From NCBI GenBank assembly GCA_043228905.1, contig JBHGNT010000013.1, positions 12,214,001-12,278,000 on the forward strand: a stretch of 64,000 nt of DNA, written 5' to 3'. Numbering within the stretch: the stretch's first letter is position 1; every line of letters starts with the position of its first letter. The notes below the pieces were generated by a model. The model was not told the origin of the DNA. It did not search any database and worked only from the letters and a program-made list of their open reading frames with translations. The position numbers were made by a program, and so were the translations under genes. Shown here one piece after another: positions 22,959-37,900 of this stretch. This DNA comes from Azolla caroliniana (lineage: Eukaryota; Plantae; Polypodiophyta).

Positions 22959-25900
22959 ATGGACGAATCGTTTGGCAGCATGTTCAAGCTCACCGGCTCC
23001 AACTATTCAGTGTGGAAGTCGAAGATGAGGGACATGCTCGTGGTTAAAGATCTTTGGTTACCGGTTCAGTTCGGGGACAAGAGACCGGACAAGATCGACG
23101 CCACAATATGGGAGGTGATGCACATGAAGACAACGGCGTACATACGGTGCTTCATCGACATGAGCCTATACAACAACTTCAATGAAGAGAGCAAGGCTCA
23201 TGAGCTCTAGGAGAAGATCGACATTATGTTTCAAAACAAAAAATTAATGCTGTTAATTAGGTTTCAGTATTCCGGAAGCTACTAAGACTCCGGTACCAAG
23301 ATGGCTCAAGCATGGCGGAGCACATGAATGCCTTCCAGGGGCTGATCCACCAGGCAACTTCATTGGAAGTACCTCTCGCCGATGAGGTACTAGCGCTACT
23401 CCTGCTCGGTTCCCTCCCGGGTAGCTGGGAGACGTTGGTTGTCACTTTGGGCAACGCCGGGCTGGAAGGAAAACGGTTATCCCTAGCAAGAGTAAAGTCG
23501 AGCTTGCTAGATGAGGAGGCGCGTCGGAAAGATAAAAATACGAGCTCCGACTCCAAAGCGCTCCTTACCGAATCAGAACGCGGAAGACATAGAAACCGTA
23601 GTCCCCAGAACCGGGAGAAGTCGGGGACACGGTCAAAGTCAAGGGGAAGGCCTACTTGCTTCTATTGTGGCAAGCCGAGACACTTCCAAAAGAACTATCG
23701 GCATTTCCGAAAAGACAAGGAAACCAACGGTACCGATTCGAAGCGGACCCCGGACTGGAACGGTAAAGACCGGAGGGGGCTGGACCGGAAGGGAACAACG
23801 ACAATCGCGGCAAGTGAAGAAGAGTTGATGCTCATCACCAAGGAGAGTGAGATAAACCTTGTCGGCGACGAGATGACCTGGGTGGTAGACTCCGGAGCGT
23901 CGTTCCACCTTACCCCGGACCGGAAATGCTTCTCATTCTATGCAGCCGGTGATCACGGCTGTGTCCGGATGGGGAATGAAGGTACTTGCCGAATTGCCGA
24001 GACGTGTGGCTGACAACACCAACCGGATGCAAGTTGCTGCTGAAGGATGTCCGACACGTTCCGGAGGTTCGTCTGAACCTGATATCAGCCGGTCGGCTAG
24101 ATGATGAAGGCTACACAGGTAGCATCTAGAACGGTGTCATGAAGTTCAGCAAAGGGAGCCTAATTGTGGCTCGGGCCCGGAAGGTCAACACACTGTACCT
24201 GATGAATGCCTGGTTATGTCCGGAAGAAGTGAACGTGGCATCTGACAGTGCCGATGAGCTGTGGCACAAGAGGCTGTGTCATATGAGCGAGAAGGGGATG
24301 AAGAGGCTTGCAGACGACAACCTCATTCCAGTGAAGAACGTGCACTTGGAGAAGTGCACTGATTGTCTGGCCGGTAAGCAAAACCGGACCTCCTTCCGAC
24401 CAAGGCCACCGATGAGACGTAATGCACCACTGGAGTTGGTGGATACGGATGTGTGTCAAGTAGACACGAAGTCACATGCCGGAGCGCAGTACTTCGTGAC
24501 ATTCATAGATGACCACAGCCGGAAGCTGTGGGCCACACCGTTGAAGACGAAGGATCAGGTGCTATCCGTTTTCAAAGAGCTCCACGCGAGAGTGGAAAGA
24601 GAAACCGACCGGAAGCTGAAGGCGGTCCGAGCAGATAACGGAGGAGAATACCAGGGGCAGTTCGAGGAGTACTGCTGCTCGAAGGGAATCCAGCTGGAAT
24701 TTACCGTGCCGAAGACGCCGGAACTAAACGGGCTAGCCGAGAGGATGAACCCAAGAAGTTTTGGGCTGAGGCACTGTCGACGACGACATATGTGATAAAC
24801 AGATCACCCTCAGTACCCTTGGACAGAGACACGCCACAAAGAGTCTGGACCGGTAAGGAAGTGTCCTACCGGCATCTGAAGGTATTCGGGTGTCTCGCGT
24901 ACTTGCATGTAGCTAAGGACCGGAGAGGAAAGTTAGATCCAAAGGCCCGGCCATGCATATTCCTCGGTTACGGTGACGATGAGTTCGGCTACCGAGTGTG
25001 GGACCTGGTCGACAAGAAGGTATTTCGGAGCCGAGATATTATCTTCATGGAGGACAAGACGCTTGCCGATTGGGAGTCGGAGAAGAAGATAATGAACTCC
25101 GAGTCAACCGGTAAGGATAGACTCTACAATGAACAGGCCCAACCGGCAAGAGACCGGTTAGCACTCGAGGAGCCAGCCGGTTACGGTGAGGCTATCGAAC
25201 CGGCAGAAGAAGAAGTAGAGGAAGATGAAATCGGAATCGGCAAGACCCCGAATCAGATTCGGATGAAGAGCAAATAGAGGAGCCGGTTACCGAAGCCCAG
25301 AGACGGAGATATCCTCTAAGAGGGAGAAGGCCCCCCTGGAGATTTCCGGATGCAGAGCATGTGCTGCTAACCGATGAGGGGGAGCCAGAAAGCTTCGAAG
25401 AAGCGAAGGATGACACCCACAACCGTAAATGGTTAAGTGCCATGCAGGATGAGATGGATTCCCTGCATGAGAACCATACGTACGAATTGGTGGAGTTGCC
25501 GAAAGGAAAGCGGGCACTCCGAAACAAGTGGGTGTACAAGTTGAAACCGGGAGATGCCGGCAACCCCCCGAGATACAAAGCCAGGATCGTGGTGGAGGGT
25601 TTCCAGTAGAAGAAGGGCGTGGAATTCGACGAGATATTTGCCCTGGTAGTAAAGATGACCTCCATCTGGACGGTGTTGAGTATAGCGGCAAGCATGGACC
25701 TCGAGGTAGAGCAGCCAGACGTGAAGACGACATTCCTTCACGGTGACCTCGAAGAGGAGATCTACATGCAGCAACCGGAAGGATTCGTGGAGAAAGGGAA
25801 GGAGCACTTGGTTTGCCGGTTGAAGAAGAGCTTGTATGGACTGAAGCAGGCTCCCCGACAATGGTACCGAAAGTTTGACTCCTTCATGACCGATCAAGGG

Positions 25901-26960
25901 TACCACAAGACACAAGCCGATCATTGCATGTTTGTGAAGAAGTTCGAAGGAGGCGACTTCCTGATACTCCTTCTGTACGTGGACGAGATGTTGATCGTCG
26001 GACGGGACCAAGTCAAAATACAGATGCTGAAGAAAGCCCTCAACCGGACATTCTCAATGAAATACTTGGGTCCGGCAAGACAAATGCTGGGGATGCATAT
26101 TATCCGGAACCGGTCAACGAAGCAATTATGGCTGTCACAGGAGAAGTACGTGACAAAGGTGCTTCACTGGTTCAACATGTCAGATGCGAAACCGGTCGGA
26201 TCGACACTTCCGGCAAACTTCAAGTTATCCGGTAAGCAAAGCCCGAAGACGAAAGCAGAGAAGGTGGATATGATGAAGATTCCATATGCCTCTGCCGTTG
26301 GGAGCGTAATGTACGCAAAGGTTTGTACCCGACCGGATATAGGATACGCAGTTGGAGTGGTGAGCCGGTTTATGAGCAATCCCGGCAAGGAGCACTGGAA
26401 CACGGTCAAATGGATACTCCGGTATTTGAAGGGCACTTCAAATATGTGTCTCTGATTCGGCTCCGGAAAACCTCAACTTGACGGTTTCACCGATTTGGAC
26501 ATGTCGGCTAATGTGGATACCAGCCGGTCTACATCCGGGTATGTAATGACATATGCAGGGGGAGCTGTTTCGTGGCAGTCGAGGCTACAGAAGACGGTTG
26601 CATTGTCAACCACGGAGGCGGAGTACATGGCAGCTGTGGAAGCCGGCAAGGAAATATTATGGATGAAGGACTTCATCGGAGAGCTCGGTATCCGGCAAGA
26701 TGAATACCGACTCTATTGCGACAATCAAAGTGCCATCCATCTTGCTAAGAACGCGGCCTACCATTCTCGGACGAAGCATATCCAGTGAAGATATCACTAG
26801 ATCCGGGAAAGAGTAGATGACCAGGAGTTTGCGCTGATGAAGATCCACACGGCCGAGAACGGGTCAGATATGCTGACCAAAGTGTTGATACCCGACAAGC
26901 TGGATGCATGCCGGAAGAGAATCGGACTGGTAAGACACCCCATGCCGGAGTCAAGGGGGA
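22959..26960 (+). pseudogene. Copia gag-pol of element D, multiply disrupted
   Basis: WVVDSGAS, WHKRLCH, RADNGGEY, LKKSLYGLKQAPRQWY, YVDEM, STTEAEY; many stops and frameshifts. Confidence 0.93.
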
Positions 26961-27735
26961 GTTTGTTGGGAGACAGGTCCCTCCGGATGGGAAGGGAGAA
27001 GAACAGTGCCGATGAACAAACTCGGCCGAGGCCGAAACCGGATGAGGAGTACCCGGCTACGGAGAGCCGGATGGTACAAACCCGGTGAGAACCGGATGAG
27101 GAGTACCCGGCTACGGAGAGCCGGATGGTACAGACCCAGTGAGAACCAGATGAGGAGTACTCGGCTACGGAGGACCGGATGGTGCAAACCTGGTGAGAAC
27201 CGGATGAGGAGTACCCGGCTACGGAGAGCCGGATGGTGAAGACCCGGTGAGGAGTGCTCTCCGGATGAAGAGACATATTCGTAAATATGTCTGTGAGAGT
27301 CCATCGTGGCTATATTTGTAAATAGCCGAAAAGTCATATTAGTATAAATATGAGTTAGGGCAAACCTTTTGAGATAGTTGTTGTCATTCTTGTTGGTGCA
27401 AGGAGAGAGAGAGCGCGTAACTGTGTACAGAGAGAGAGAGAGAGAGAGAGAGAAAGAGGTCGTTGCCTCTGTTGTAACCGCCGCCTGTGGCGAGGATCGT
27501 GATCACGAGGTTGTTGTCTCCGTGAACTCACTGTTGTACATTCTAACATAGTGATAGTTTGCAGCCTGTGGGCTACCATGGTTTTTTCCCTTAGTTTGGG
27601 TTTTTTTCCACGTAAACATCCTGCGTACTCGTCTCTTCTTCGTGTCGTTCATTATTTCCCATTTTCTGTGTATGATTCTAAGCTCGGTTGTGGCCGAGCG
27701 TTGCGTTTAGGGAGTGTGCAGTTCTCGACACTCCT

Positions 27736-30700
27736 GATTGCGATGTCGGACTCGTCAACGAACACATGGAACTCTTTAGACCAATCTAGAGGTTGCACCA
27801 CCGGCGCTTGTGACAATAGTACTTTTAGTGCCTGGTAGGCCTTGTCTTCTGTGTCCGTCCATTGGAACGGTGTCCGATGTACCGTGGCATGCAATGGTGT
27901 AGCCAGGTCTGCCAGATACCGGAGCATTCGGCTGTGCCACCGAATTTGTCCTAAGAATCGGCTTAATGCCTTTGCCGTGGTTGGTGTTGGTGCCTCCAAA
28001 ATAGCTTTGACCTTGTCCGGATCCACTGCAATATCGTCCTTGCTCACGATGTGGCCAAGTAACGCTCCGCTAGCCACTCTGAACACGCATTTTTCCGTGT
28101 TCAGGATTAGCCGGTAAACCCTACATTTCTCCAGACATAGTCGGAGGTGCTGAAGGTGATCCCCTTCCCGACTATAAACAACGAAGTCGTCCAAGAACAC
28201 CTGCATGATTGCCGGAATGAATTCTCTGAAAATCTCCATGATGATTCGTTGGAAGGTTGCCGGCGCCGTTTTCAGCCCGAACATCATAACTACGGCAACA
28301 AAGACTCCCCATTCAATGACAAAAGCGGTTTTCTCCTGGTTGTCGGGGTGCATCCGGATCTGATTATAGCCGCTGAAACCATCCAGAAAACTGTACACCT
28401 CATGACCGGCAACCGCATCCAGGACTCCATCCATGAATGGAAGTGGAAAGGCGTCTGTTACCGTAGCCGCATTCAATTTCCGGTAGTCGACGCAAACTCT
28501 TATCTTACCATTCTTTTTCAGTACTACGACTATCAGATTGAGCCACGTGGCTTTCTTTACTGGTCGGATGAAGCCAACCCTTAGCAACTTGTCGATTTCT
28601 TCCTTGACTTTTGCTGCGTAATTTGGGTTCATCCGGTAACGCCGTTACGCTACCGGTTTGGCGTCTTTACTCAGATGTATCTGGTGTTGATACAACTGAG
28701 GATCGAGTCCCGGGATGTCCTCATAGGACCAAGCGAACACATCGCGAAATTCTTTTAGGAATGTGATCATTGCCGTTTTGTTCTCTAGGGTCATTTCCTT
28801 GGTGATGTGAACCGGTCTTGCGTCCTCTGTGGTACCTAGGTTTACCTCTTCTAGTTGGGATGCTTTTACGCGCTGCGACACTGCCATTTCTCTTTCCAGT
28901 GCCTCCTGTGCTTGCCGTAACTCCTGGATCGCTTCTTTATCCGGTTCCTCGTCAGTCCCGTCCGGTTGCAATATGTACGGTGATACTGCTTCGGCTACAT
29001 CAATTTTGAACAGAGGTACGATCTTCGGATTTTCCTGTAAGTATTGATCGACCTCTTCGTCCGCCAATCCTTCTAGCATGTTGACACATTCTGCATATAG
29101 CGGCGTCAATTCCTTGCCGGTACCCGACTGTGGTTGAGTCGATACTCACACTTTTGCTTTTCCACGCCGGAACGTAATTATATTCTTCCTCCAGTTTTGC
29201 TTGATGTGTGTTGTTTTTAACCAAGGGCGTCCCAACAATAGTGGGTAAGCTCCTTGAGCTTGTAGTTGGAGAACTACTGCCAAAATGCGAAATGTGTGAC
29301 CCCCGATGGTTACTTCCAGATCACATATTAATCCGGTCGGCCGTACTGAGCTTGTGTCCGCCATCCGAAGCCAAAACGGGCATGGTTCCTAGTCATGGAT
29401 TCCTAGAGTGTTACACATTCGGAGGCTGATCACGTTCACGCCAGATCCTCCATCGATAATCGTGTCGGGTAGCTCTTGTCCTTTCACGATGGCTGTGATT
29501 GCTGGACTACTCGTGTCTACTACCGCCGGTCCTTCCTCCGAATTTGAAAAGAATGCCGGAGCCGGTGGTGTGTCGACTGCTGTCATTCCTGTCTTTAGTC
29601 CTTCCGTGAAGCGTGGTACCAATTGCAATAGCCGGCCTAACGACAACGTTATTTGTGATTCTTGTAACGCCTGCCATGTTGGGTTTTCGGGCTGCCCTAT
29701 GCCGGTGAGCTCTTCGGCATTCTCCTTTTGTTGTTTGAGCTCTGCCACATTCCGCTCGTTTGCCTTCTTCACCCATTCAGTTGCCTGCTTCCGGATGGCT
29801 TCTTGAGTTTCCCACTCCGTGGCTTTGCCTTTTGATCTTGTAGTGACTTGTTGTAAGTCCGCGACTTCCATGTCTACCATGTTCACCGTTGGTCGCTTGT
29901 CGTAGCTCTTCACCGGACATTGGTTACTATAGTGGCCTTCTTGCCGGCAATAATAGCAGTACGCCTTTCAGGTGTTGTTGGATTCAACGTTTGTGCCCGC
30001 ACCTGGTTGAGGTCCTATGGTAAGTGCTTGGTTTTGGTCCGGTTGGCTGCTTGGAGCGCCCTTTTCTGGTTCCCGTGGATGACCCCCCTTTTTGTTGAAA
30101 TGACGTTTCTTGTTGAAATTCTTTTTGTTTCAGTAACCTTGATGGGGTTGGTCGTCATACTTGCCATAGTCGTCCCGTTGTTGGTTATAACTAGGGGAGT
30201 GATCCCGGTTGTATCTCTCGTACCGTCCATTATAGTCCCGGTATCTATCATGTTTGTCATACCGGTCATAAGTGTCTCTTCGATCGCTGTTCAGGACATC
30301 TTGGGCCGGCCGGTAGCGCTCCTCTCGCCGCCAACGTTCTTCTTCTTCCTCTCGGTTGCTTCGTGGTTCAATTTGCCAGACTGGTGGTGCTTGCCGATTT
30401 AACAAGTTATACTCACACCGTTCCATTGTGTGACTTCTGGAGTGGCAGAGCAAGCATTGGGAACGCATGGTGCATTCCAACGCCGAATGTCCGGCATTCA
30501 AGCATGTCGTACATTGAATTGCTTGCCGGAAGCGGAGGTCCTCATCTGTCAATAGTGCACGCTGAAGTGCGCCCATGGTTAGCCATGAACTTGATTTTTC
30601 CATTTCCCGAACTCGGTCGATCACTTGATCTATGCTGCTGGTGCGGAAATTAATGACGGTGCACACCGTTCGTAAGGGTTCCCGGAGTGCTGCTAAGAAT

Positions 30701-31744
30701 ATGGCCTTTGTTTCTTCCTCTGGTGGTGCCCAACTGAGTTGACTGTGTATCCGCTGGAACTGGATGACAAACTGTTGAATGTTCTCCGTTGGTTCCTGCC
30801 GGATAATGTAAAATAGTCCTACCATTTCCCGTTGGTCCATCTCCTTGTGAAAGAAATGCAAGAATTTGGTCTTTAATGCTTCAAACATGGGTATGGTGCT
30901 GGGATCTTGTGTTCGATGCCATCTGGCGACCGGTCCCTCTAGGGTCATGCCGAACTCTGCCATTTTTTAGCGTTCTTCTTCGGCCGCATTTAAGCGTTGG
31001 GACACATGGTTTGCCTCTCAGGTCTGCTGAAACGCATGGACGTGGGCTTCTGCATCCGGATCATCCCGGTATCTGGGGTATTGGAACGACATATCGTCGT
31101 TTGGTGTCGGTACGCGGGCTGGTGGTGTCAGTAGTCTTTCCTCCTCCTCTGTCGGCGTCAGAGGTCTTTCCCGCTCCTCTGTCGGCATCGGGGGTCTTTC
31201 CCCCTCCTTTGTCGGAGTCGGGGGTCTTTCCTGTTGCTCTTTCAGTGTTGGAGGCCTCTCCTCCTCGACTTCCAGTGTCAGAGGTCTCTCTTCCTCGACT
31301 TTTGGTTCTGGCGTGTGCTCGACTTCCGGTGTCGAAGGTTCCAGCCTTGTCAATTCTGGTTCCGGTGTCGGCAAGGTATCCGACTCCTCGTCCACCGGTC
31401 CGTCTGGGGTGTTGTTACTGCTGCGGTAGTTCATATGCGCACTGTATTCCCCTTCCGAACCCGATTCAAAAGCCGAAAATGCTTCGGATTCGCCTTCGCC
31501 CGCTGCCAATGCTTGGAGAAGGGATTCCACTTCTCGGAGGCTGCTTAGGCTGCTTCCTTCGTCCGGGTAGTTGTTTTGTTGTAAACGAAGTGACTCCTTG
31601 GCCACTCTCCGGATCACCTTGGAAAATGAGTGATTCGCTCTGATTTCTTCTACCACTTGTTGGAAAGCCTCTCGCTTCCTCAACCATTCAACAAGTCTCC
31701 TTGCTCGCTCCGTAATCGGGTCATTCGTTGGTCTAGCTAGTCAT
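27736..31744 (-). pseudogene. Element B gag-PR-RT remnant
   Basis: Fragments collinear with the Gag-Pol of A (IIDGGSGVN, VDYRKLN, FLDDF). Confidence 0.93.
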
Positions 31745-31799
31745 CCATTCCCGCCGCTGTTCGCTGCGATTGTGCAAGAATCGTGGTCGCCAAAAACTA

Positions 31800-32242
31800 T
31801 GTTATTCCTTAGGGCCGGACAAAGGCCTAACACAGGGTGTCTACAGAAGACACTTCACCAAAGGGGTGCTACGGCGAGACAACTTAAGACTCAACTATTA
31901 ATCAGGCTTTAATTGGTTACTTAGCAATATGGCATTAGACTTGATACATGCGTATGATAGAACAATTAGCACAGAACGGTAATCAACACTTAAAGATAAA
32001 ACAAGAAGCTCTATTGATTATCTGTCAAAGTTTTACATTGTAACCGGGTCTTTATATAGGTCACCGGTGCTGAGTACAAAACGGTGCCAACCGGCACCTG
32101 TTCGGAACCGGTCCGGATCCGGATCGGCATACTGATTCCGGTTCGTCCGTTCACGTCTCATAAACTACTTAATTATAATAGATTCCGAATAAACAATCCC
32201 TTTCACATTCTGGTCTTTAACTCCTTTGCCGGTTGAGTAACA
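31800..32242 (-). repeat. 5' LTR of element B
   Basis: Followed on minus strand by TAGTTTT-TGGCGACCACG PBS and the gag ATG; TATA CCTATATAAA. Confidence 0.93.
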
Positions 32243-32490
32243 CTCTCGAGATACCTCGATGTCATTAAGTTGTTTTTTAAGGTTGGTGTTTTCCACTTTA
32301 AGTTTTTCTATTTCGGCCTTGAGGGCGTCTTTTTCCTCTCTTCTTTTTTCTTGTGGGTTTCAGCGTCTTTCACCCATTTTTTCATATTCATCTCTATTTT
32401 TGTTAAATGATTAAACATATCTAAAAAGTCCTCCTTACTTATACCCTTTTCTTGTATATCCTTATGTTCCTTAGTTCATTTAGACGTCAT
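32243..32490 (-). pseudogene. Degenerate coiled-coil ORF, possibly LINE ORF1 N-terminus; continues at 10993-10892
   Basis: Removing B restores EKDALKAEIEKLKVENTNLKKQLNDIEVSREDGEISSMEDIKDEIKKVKEEVKNNIELAKTCW; LINE assignment is inference. Confidence 0.45.
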
Positions 32491-34976
32491 TGTGGTGTCA
32501 ATATGAAAAAAAAAGATAAAATAAATGGGTTCGAGACTTAGCCGAGTTTGTGTGTATGTCGTAGTCACATCGGCATTTTGTAGCATGCGATGAGAACACC
32601 AAAAGAATCTACCCACGGACATGCCAAGAAAAACGGCACTCGACAACGTCAAGAAAAGAAAGAGAAGAAACACGCCACGACAGTGACGACAACGACGGCA
32701 GTCGTCAGACGACGGCGATGGCAGTAGACGACGAAGACAGCAACACCAAAGAGAGAGAGAGAGAGAGAGAGAGACTTTGAGAGATGTTGCAAGATGTACG
32801 GGAAGAAGTCAACTTGGCACATTTTTGCAATTTCACGTGATAACCAAACATTTCCTTAATGAATAGACATCTAGAGGTTTTCACTAAGTTCTCAAGAAGA
32901 GTGTCGTCCCCAAACACATCCTTTGCAAAGTCATTACATTGATGAAATTTATAAAACATAAACCAGTTTGCTAATTGAAAATTTCTTGTCTATTGTTTGA
33001 AATATATATGGTGGACCAACATAAAACTTTTAGCCACAATATGCAATACTATACGTTGATAGGCAAAGGGATTGAGTTATATCTTAGCCAAGTGATAAAT
33101 TCATGAACTACCATGCAAATATCTCTAACATCCTCAATTTCCATCATTCTAATAATATTAATACCATGAACTTTGTTTGTCTATTCATGAAATATTTGGG
33201 TAATATTTAATATATATATATATATATACATATATGTATAGAGAGAGAGTTGTATTTCACACATTTATTAATGTGTTTTCACCAAAATAAGAGAAGGCTG
33301 CAATAACATGAGGGTGTTGCACATTTTAGTCCTCTTCAGTTAGGTTGTTTTGCTAACATGATCTTATTCTTATGATTTTATCAAAAAACTGACAAATTCT
33401 TATACGTTTTTTAGTACATATATTGACAAACTAGAAAACAAAGCAAACCTTGCAAACGGACATTCCATATAGTATCACTTTTGATTTATAACTTATGCAA
33501 ATGTGGTGTAGTTTCAGCGTGTTGGGAATTGAGACTGGCAAAAGCTTCTAAATACTGCACTTTCTGTGAACATAATGGGCTAGTAGTAAAGATCGAAATC
33601 GTGGCAGCAGGTATTCTTGCATTTGAAAGTTAGCCACCAATGGTGTGCTGCAAAGTGGCAGCAAACGAGAATACAAATAAAAAACAGGAAATGGATATGG
33701 CCATTGTATTGATTTTGATTTATGAAACTGTCATAGTCTCCGCATACTGTACAATGAGACTTGTAAGCTTTTAAATATTCCGCATACTTTTCGGTGAAGA
33801 TAGTCAGCATAGCAGTAAAAATCAAAATCATGCCAGCCAATAGCATTTTAAAACAGGCAATTGAATTTACCCCTCACACACTTTCACATTGAAATGGCAA
33901 CTAGGGGTTGGCTGAATACCAACAGAAGAAGTATTCCTACAAGGTTGTACCAGCTTTCAAGAACTAATAAGTACAAAACCATCACCAACATCACTATGAA
34001 TGCTCTTTACTCTTCCACTGCACCCGACTCACAGAACCAAACGATGAAATTACAAATTACGTAAAGAGTTTTTCGACTGAGTGCTTTGTGACAATTGTTA
34101 GTCCCACAGATCATGTTACCTCCAACAACAATACACTCCAAGCAGCGAAGGGGAATTCACTTAATAAACCTTTAAACCCTAATTCTTGAAAAATAATGTT
34201 CAATAGGAAATAAGAAACCAACATTAGCAACATAAATCCCCTCGATGGAAGCATAAAAGTTTTGTTTAAATGGTGATGCTTTGCAACATAAACCCTAATT
34301 TCTTTACAAAACGAAATCACCCTTAACCCTGATCCCAACACACACACACATAAATATTTGCATCTACATTGTTAGCACCAAGCAATAGTAGGTAAACCGT
34401 AGGATTTTTTACATGCTTTTTAAGCCAAGTTACTTTTATGTGGATAATGGTCGTGAACAATTCACTGGAAGTACTTGGAAGTATTTATTAGCAGTGGGGA
34501 TCATCTGTCTCTCTTTTTGTCAAGATGCCCCATCCTCTTCCCCACCCACAAATAGAATGAAATAATATTTGCCTGATAAATACCTGTGCTTAATAAGACC
34601 ATTGATTTATCAGTTCCCATACCCCCAAGAATATACAAAGAATATTCGCATCAGTAATTTTAAAGAAATTCCCATTTTCCAAAACATTTAATGTAGATCT
34701 AATGTCAACACGAGCCACAATACATTAATATACTAATTTTTAGTCTCACATACAATGACGTTAATATTAAATCAGTGAGGATTTTCTGCAACCTAAAAGT
34801 TAAGAACAATGTAATTTCAATTCATTAGATGCTCTTAAAATCATTAATTCATGAATCTTTAGTGGCCATTTAGTAGCTTTAAAAAGAATAAATTTGCTAA
34901 ATTCATTCAAACATGAAAAAGAAACTGAGATACAAAAATTTACCAAAATTTAGTACATCTTAGTATCATTAATTAC

Positions 34977-37900
34977 CTAGAAGGGGCTGATCCTGCGAGC
35001 TAATTGTAGAAGAATCTCTGGAACTAATCTTGGCCTGGGCTTTCCCAAGACATCTTTGGCATGTCTCAATTCATCATCTGCATGTATAACATCGAGAATG
35101 TCTTGCAAAAGCACATCATGACCACCTCGCATTGGGTCCTGAAATAAGCCACATTACATGGATCAATATTCATTGCTAAGTGTTTGTTTAACATGTTTTA
35201 AGACCAATCTCTTTTCATTTTAATACCTGTAAGAAAACATCTGTGTGTGTCTTGCCTTCATAAAGCTTTGTTGTTACTTGTGCACCCAAAGTTGCCAGAA
35301 CATCAGCAAAATTTGTGCTGCAAAGTAGGAATTGAAAATTATCATCGAGAAGGACAAAGATACATATATTCACAACCATGAGCACATGCGACAAAAAATG
35401 CATAGATTTACCAGCACATTTATGCAAAGCTTGGACTAGATGTTTCATCATCTCCAGATGCACAACAATCCCTTATGAGTAAAATCTTGAAAATGACTAC
35501 ATATTTTCAGCCACTTTATGCATTAGTTTGGAATAGATCTTATGGCATCCTTACATTACAATGACAAAAAGTAAAACCCTAAAAATGAACAGATTTTTTC
35601 AACCCATTCATGAATCATTTAGAATAGATATTGTGGCATCTTGGATCACATTACGATTCCCATGAGTAGGCGAAGATTCATATATCCACATTCTTTTCAG
35701 ACAATCTATGTGGACAGGCCACTGCTAGAGTGATCATAGTATGACTTCTTCAATTAGTGCTGGGGAGGCTTGGCCATTATGAAGTTCAAAAACATATACA
35801 AAAGTACATATAGAGACTAATCATTATATAGTTTCATCACATTTAATGCTTCCAAAAACATATATACAGTCATGTACATAGATAAACTGATCATTGAATA
35901 AACTCTACCCATATAACGAATAATGACATGCAAGATAAGAATTTACCTCGCCTCACATGGAATTGAAACATCAGCTGTTCCATGTAACAAAACTATAGGA
36001 GGTAGCAAGGATCTTGCACTTGTTGACAAGCTCTGCACACGAAACTCTGGAGAGTAACGCAATAGAGAACTCTCCCCTTCCATAATACTACATGATGGAG
36101 AAATAGATGCCTAAGTGGTAAAGCATGTTATAATAATCAAATATTTTAAAGAGACTTCCAAGGTACCTAAGAAAAAGTTTGCGATATAGTCCTCTATTGT
36201 GAAAGTGATCTACTAGTTCTTTGAAATTATATCTGCAAAAAATGGAGGCTGTGTTAAAGAATCAATGAACACTCTAAATAAAATGAGCACTGTATAGAAA
36301 CTTACCCTCCTGAAATACCAAAATATGCTTTAAATTGAGATGCGACCCATGTCAGCTCCTGCCCAACTCCTTTAACACTACCTCTTGCATCTGTTTCCTT
36401 GTTGATTCTATATTCCTTGATTGCTTGCTCTACCAAAGCACATGCTGCCAGATGTGCTCCAGCTGATTGTCCAGCCAAATAAAGTCTAGAAACTTATGTA
36501 TGAGTTAATTACATCCCAAAATATGTGTAGGAATGGGTGCAATTGAAAACTTAAATTCCACCTGTTGGGATCACCACCATATGTTACAACATTCTCACAG
36601 ATAAAAGATATCCCTTGCATGACATCCTCAACCATATCACTTACACGCCCTTGGGGAAAATTCCTGCTTAAATGAAAAAGTTAACCATCAATACTCCTAT
36701 ATTATCAACATTGAATTTGAAAATGATAAAGATCAATTAGCAACAAACTACAATATCATTCAAATGATGGACCTGTAGTCTATGCACGCAACAATTATAT
36801 CTCTCTCCAGTAATTGCAATCCTAAAAGAGAACCCCATGCTTTATACCTGAAAGCAATTGAAGAAGTAATTGTTTAACAAGGTTACACCCATCAAAGAAT
36901 CTTAAGAGAAATCCAAAGGTGAACTGATCTCAAAAGTAAATCAGGACTGGGATTTATGTGTCATGTACTGACCCGATTATCCAAGCACCACCAGTTACAA
37001 ATGCTACGACTGGCTTGGGAGAATCACAATTCTCTGGCAAATAAAGATCCAACCTAGTTGAGAGAAAAAGCAGAGTTAAAAAAAATTGCATGCACAATAG
37101 TTGACAAATGGAAAATATAAAACATCCATATTCACACACAAACCGGTTTCTTGGATTTGGGCCATAAACAATGCTTCTATGAATTCTCTTGTCAAAGAAG
37201 TAATAATATCCCACTGCAACAGAGAAATAAAACATGAAATCCAAAGCACATTCTGCGCACAAGTCTAGACTCTAAAAGAGGTGAAATTAATCATTCAATT
37301 AGGGTGAATAAACAAGGGAATTTATAGCTTATAAAAACCATAAGTTTACTAATTTGGGGTGAGTTTATGGCATATATTGCTAGTACTTTCTTCATTTTGT
37401 TAAACTGTGTAAATCTTGTAAAAATCTTCGTTGCAACACATAGGAAAATATTTATAAAATCCCTTGAAACTTGACATTATTAACTTGCATTCAACCCAAA
37501 CAATGAAATGCACATTAAGTTACGACATTCTTCAGATTTTAAAAACTTGGTTGAAAAAAATAGCCAGAAAAATTTATAAAACACATTCAATCCAAACAAT
37601 GAAATGCACCTTGTATAAATCCTGGCATGAGAAACATAGCATAGCAAGCAAGAGCCGCGAGCTTTGTGAGCCATCGGTAACCTATACTGCAAATGGAAAT
37701 CAATGCATGAGTTCATATGTTCCATGATCAACACCAGAAATGTAGAAGGTATAGAAATTTTCTCATGTGGAAAGAACCAAGACCCAACTTCCCCTCATGT
37801 TTCCTACATTGTTAAGACTAATATGTGCTTCTGACAGTGGAGGCACCATGTACTTATTTAAAAGCTAGATACCCTCAACTTCCCTATAGAATTTCATAAG

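Larger units (their letters stand above)
22169..27730 (+). mobile_element. Element D: second Ty1/copia family nested in B
   Basis: LTRs 22169-22929 and 26964-27730, TSD CTCCT (22164-22168 and 27731-27735), PBS TGGTGTCAGAGC (iMet variant), PPT AAGGGGGAG. Confidence 0.96.
10994..32242 (-). mobile_element. Element B: decayed relative of element A containing two nested copia insertions
   Basis: LTRs 10994-11435 and 31800-32242, TSD CTCTC (10989-10993 and 32243-32247), fragmented gag-pol and 3' ORF homologous to A. Confidence 0.95.
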
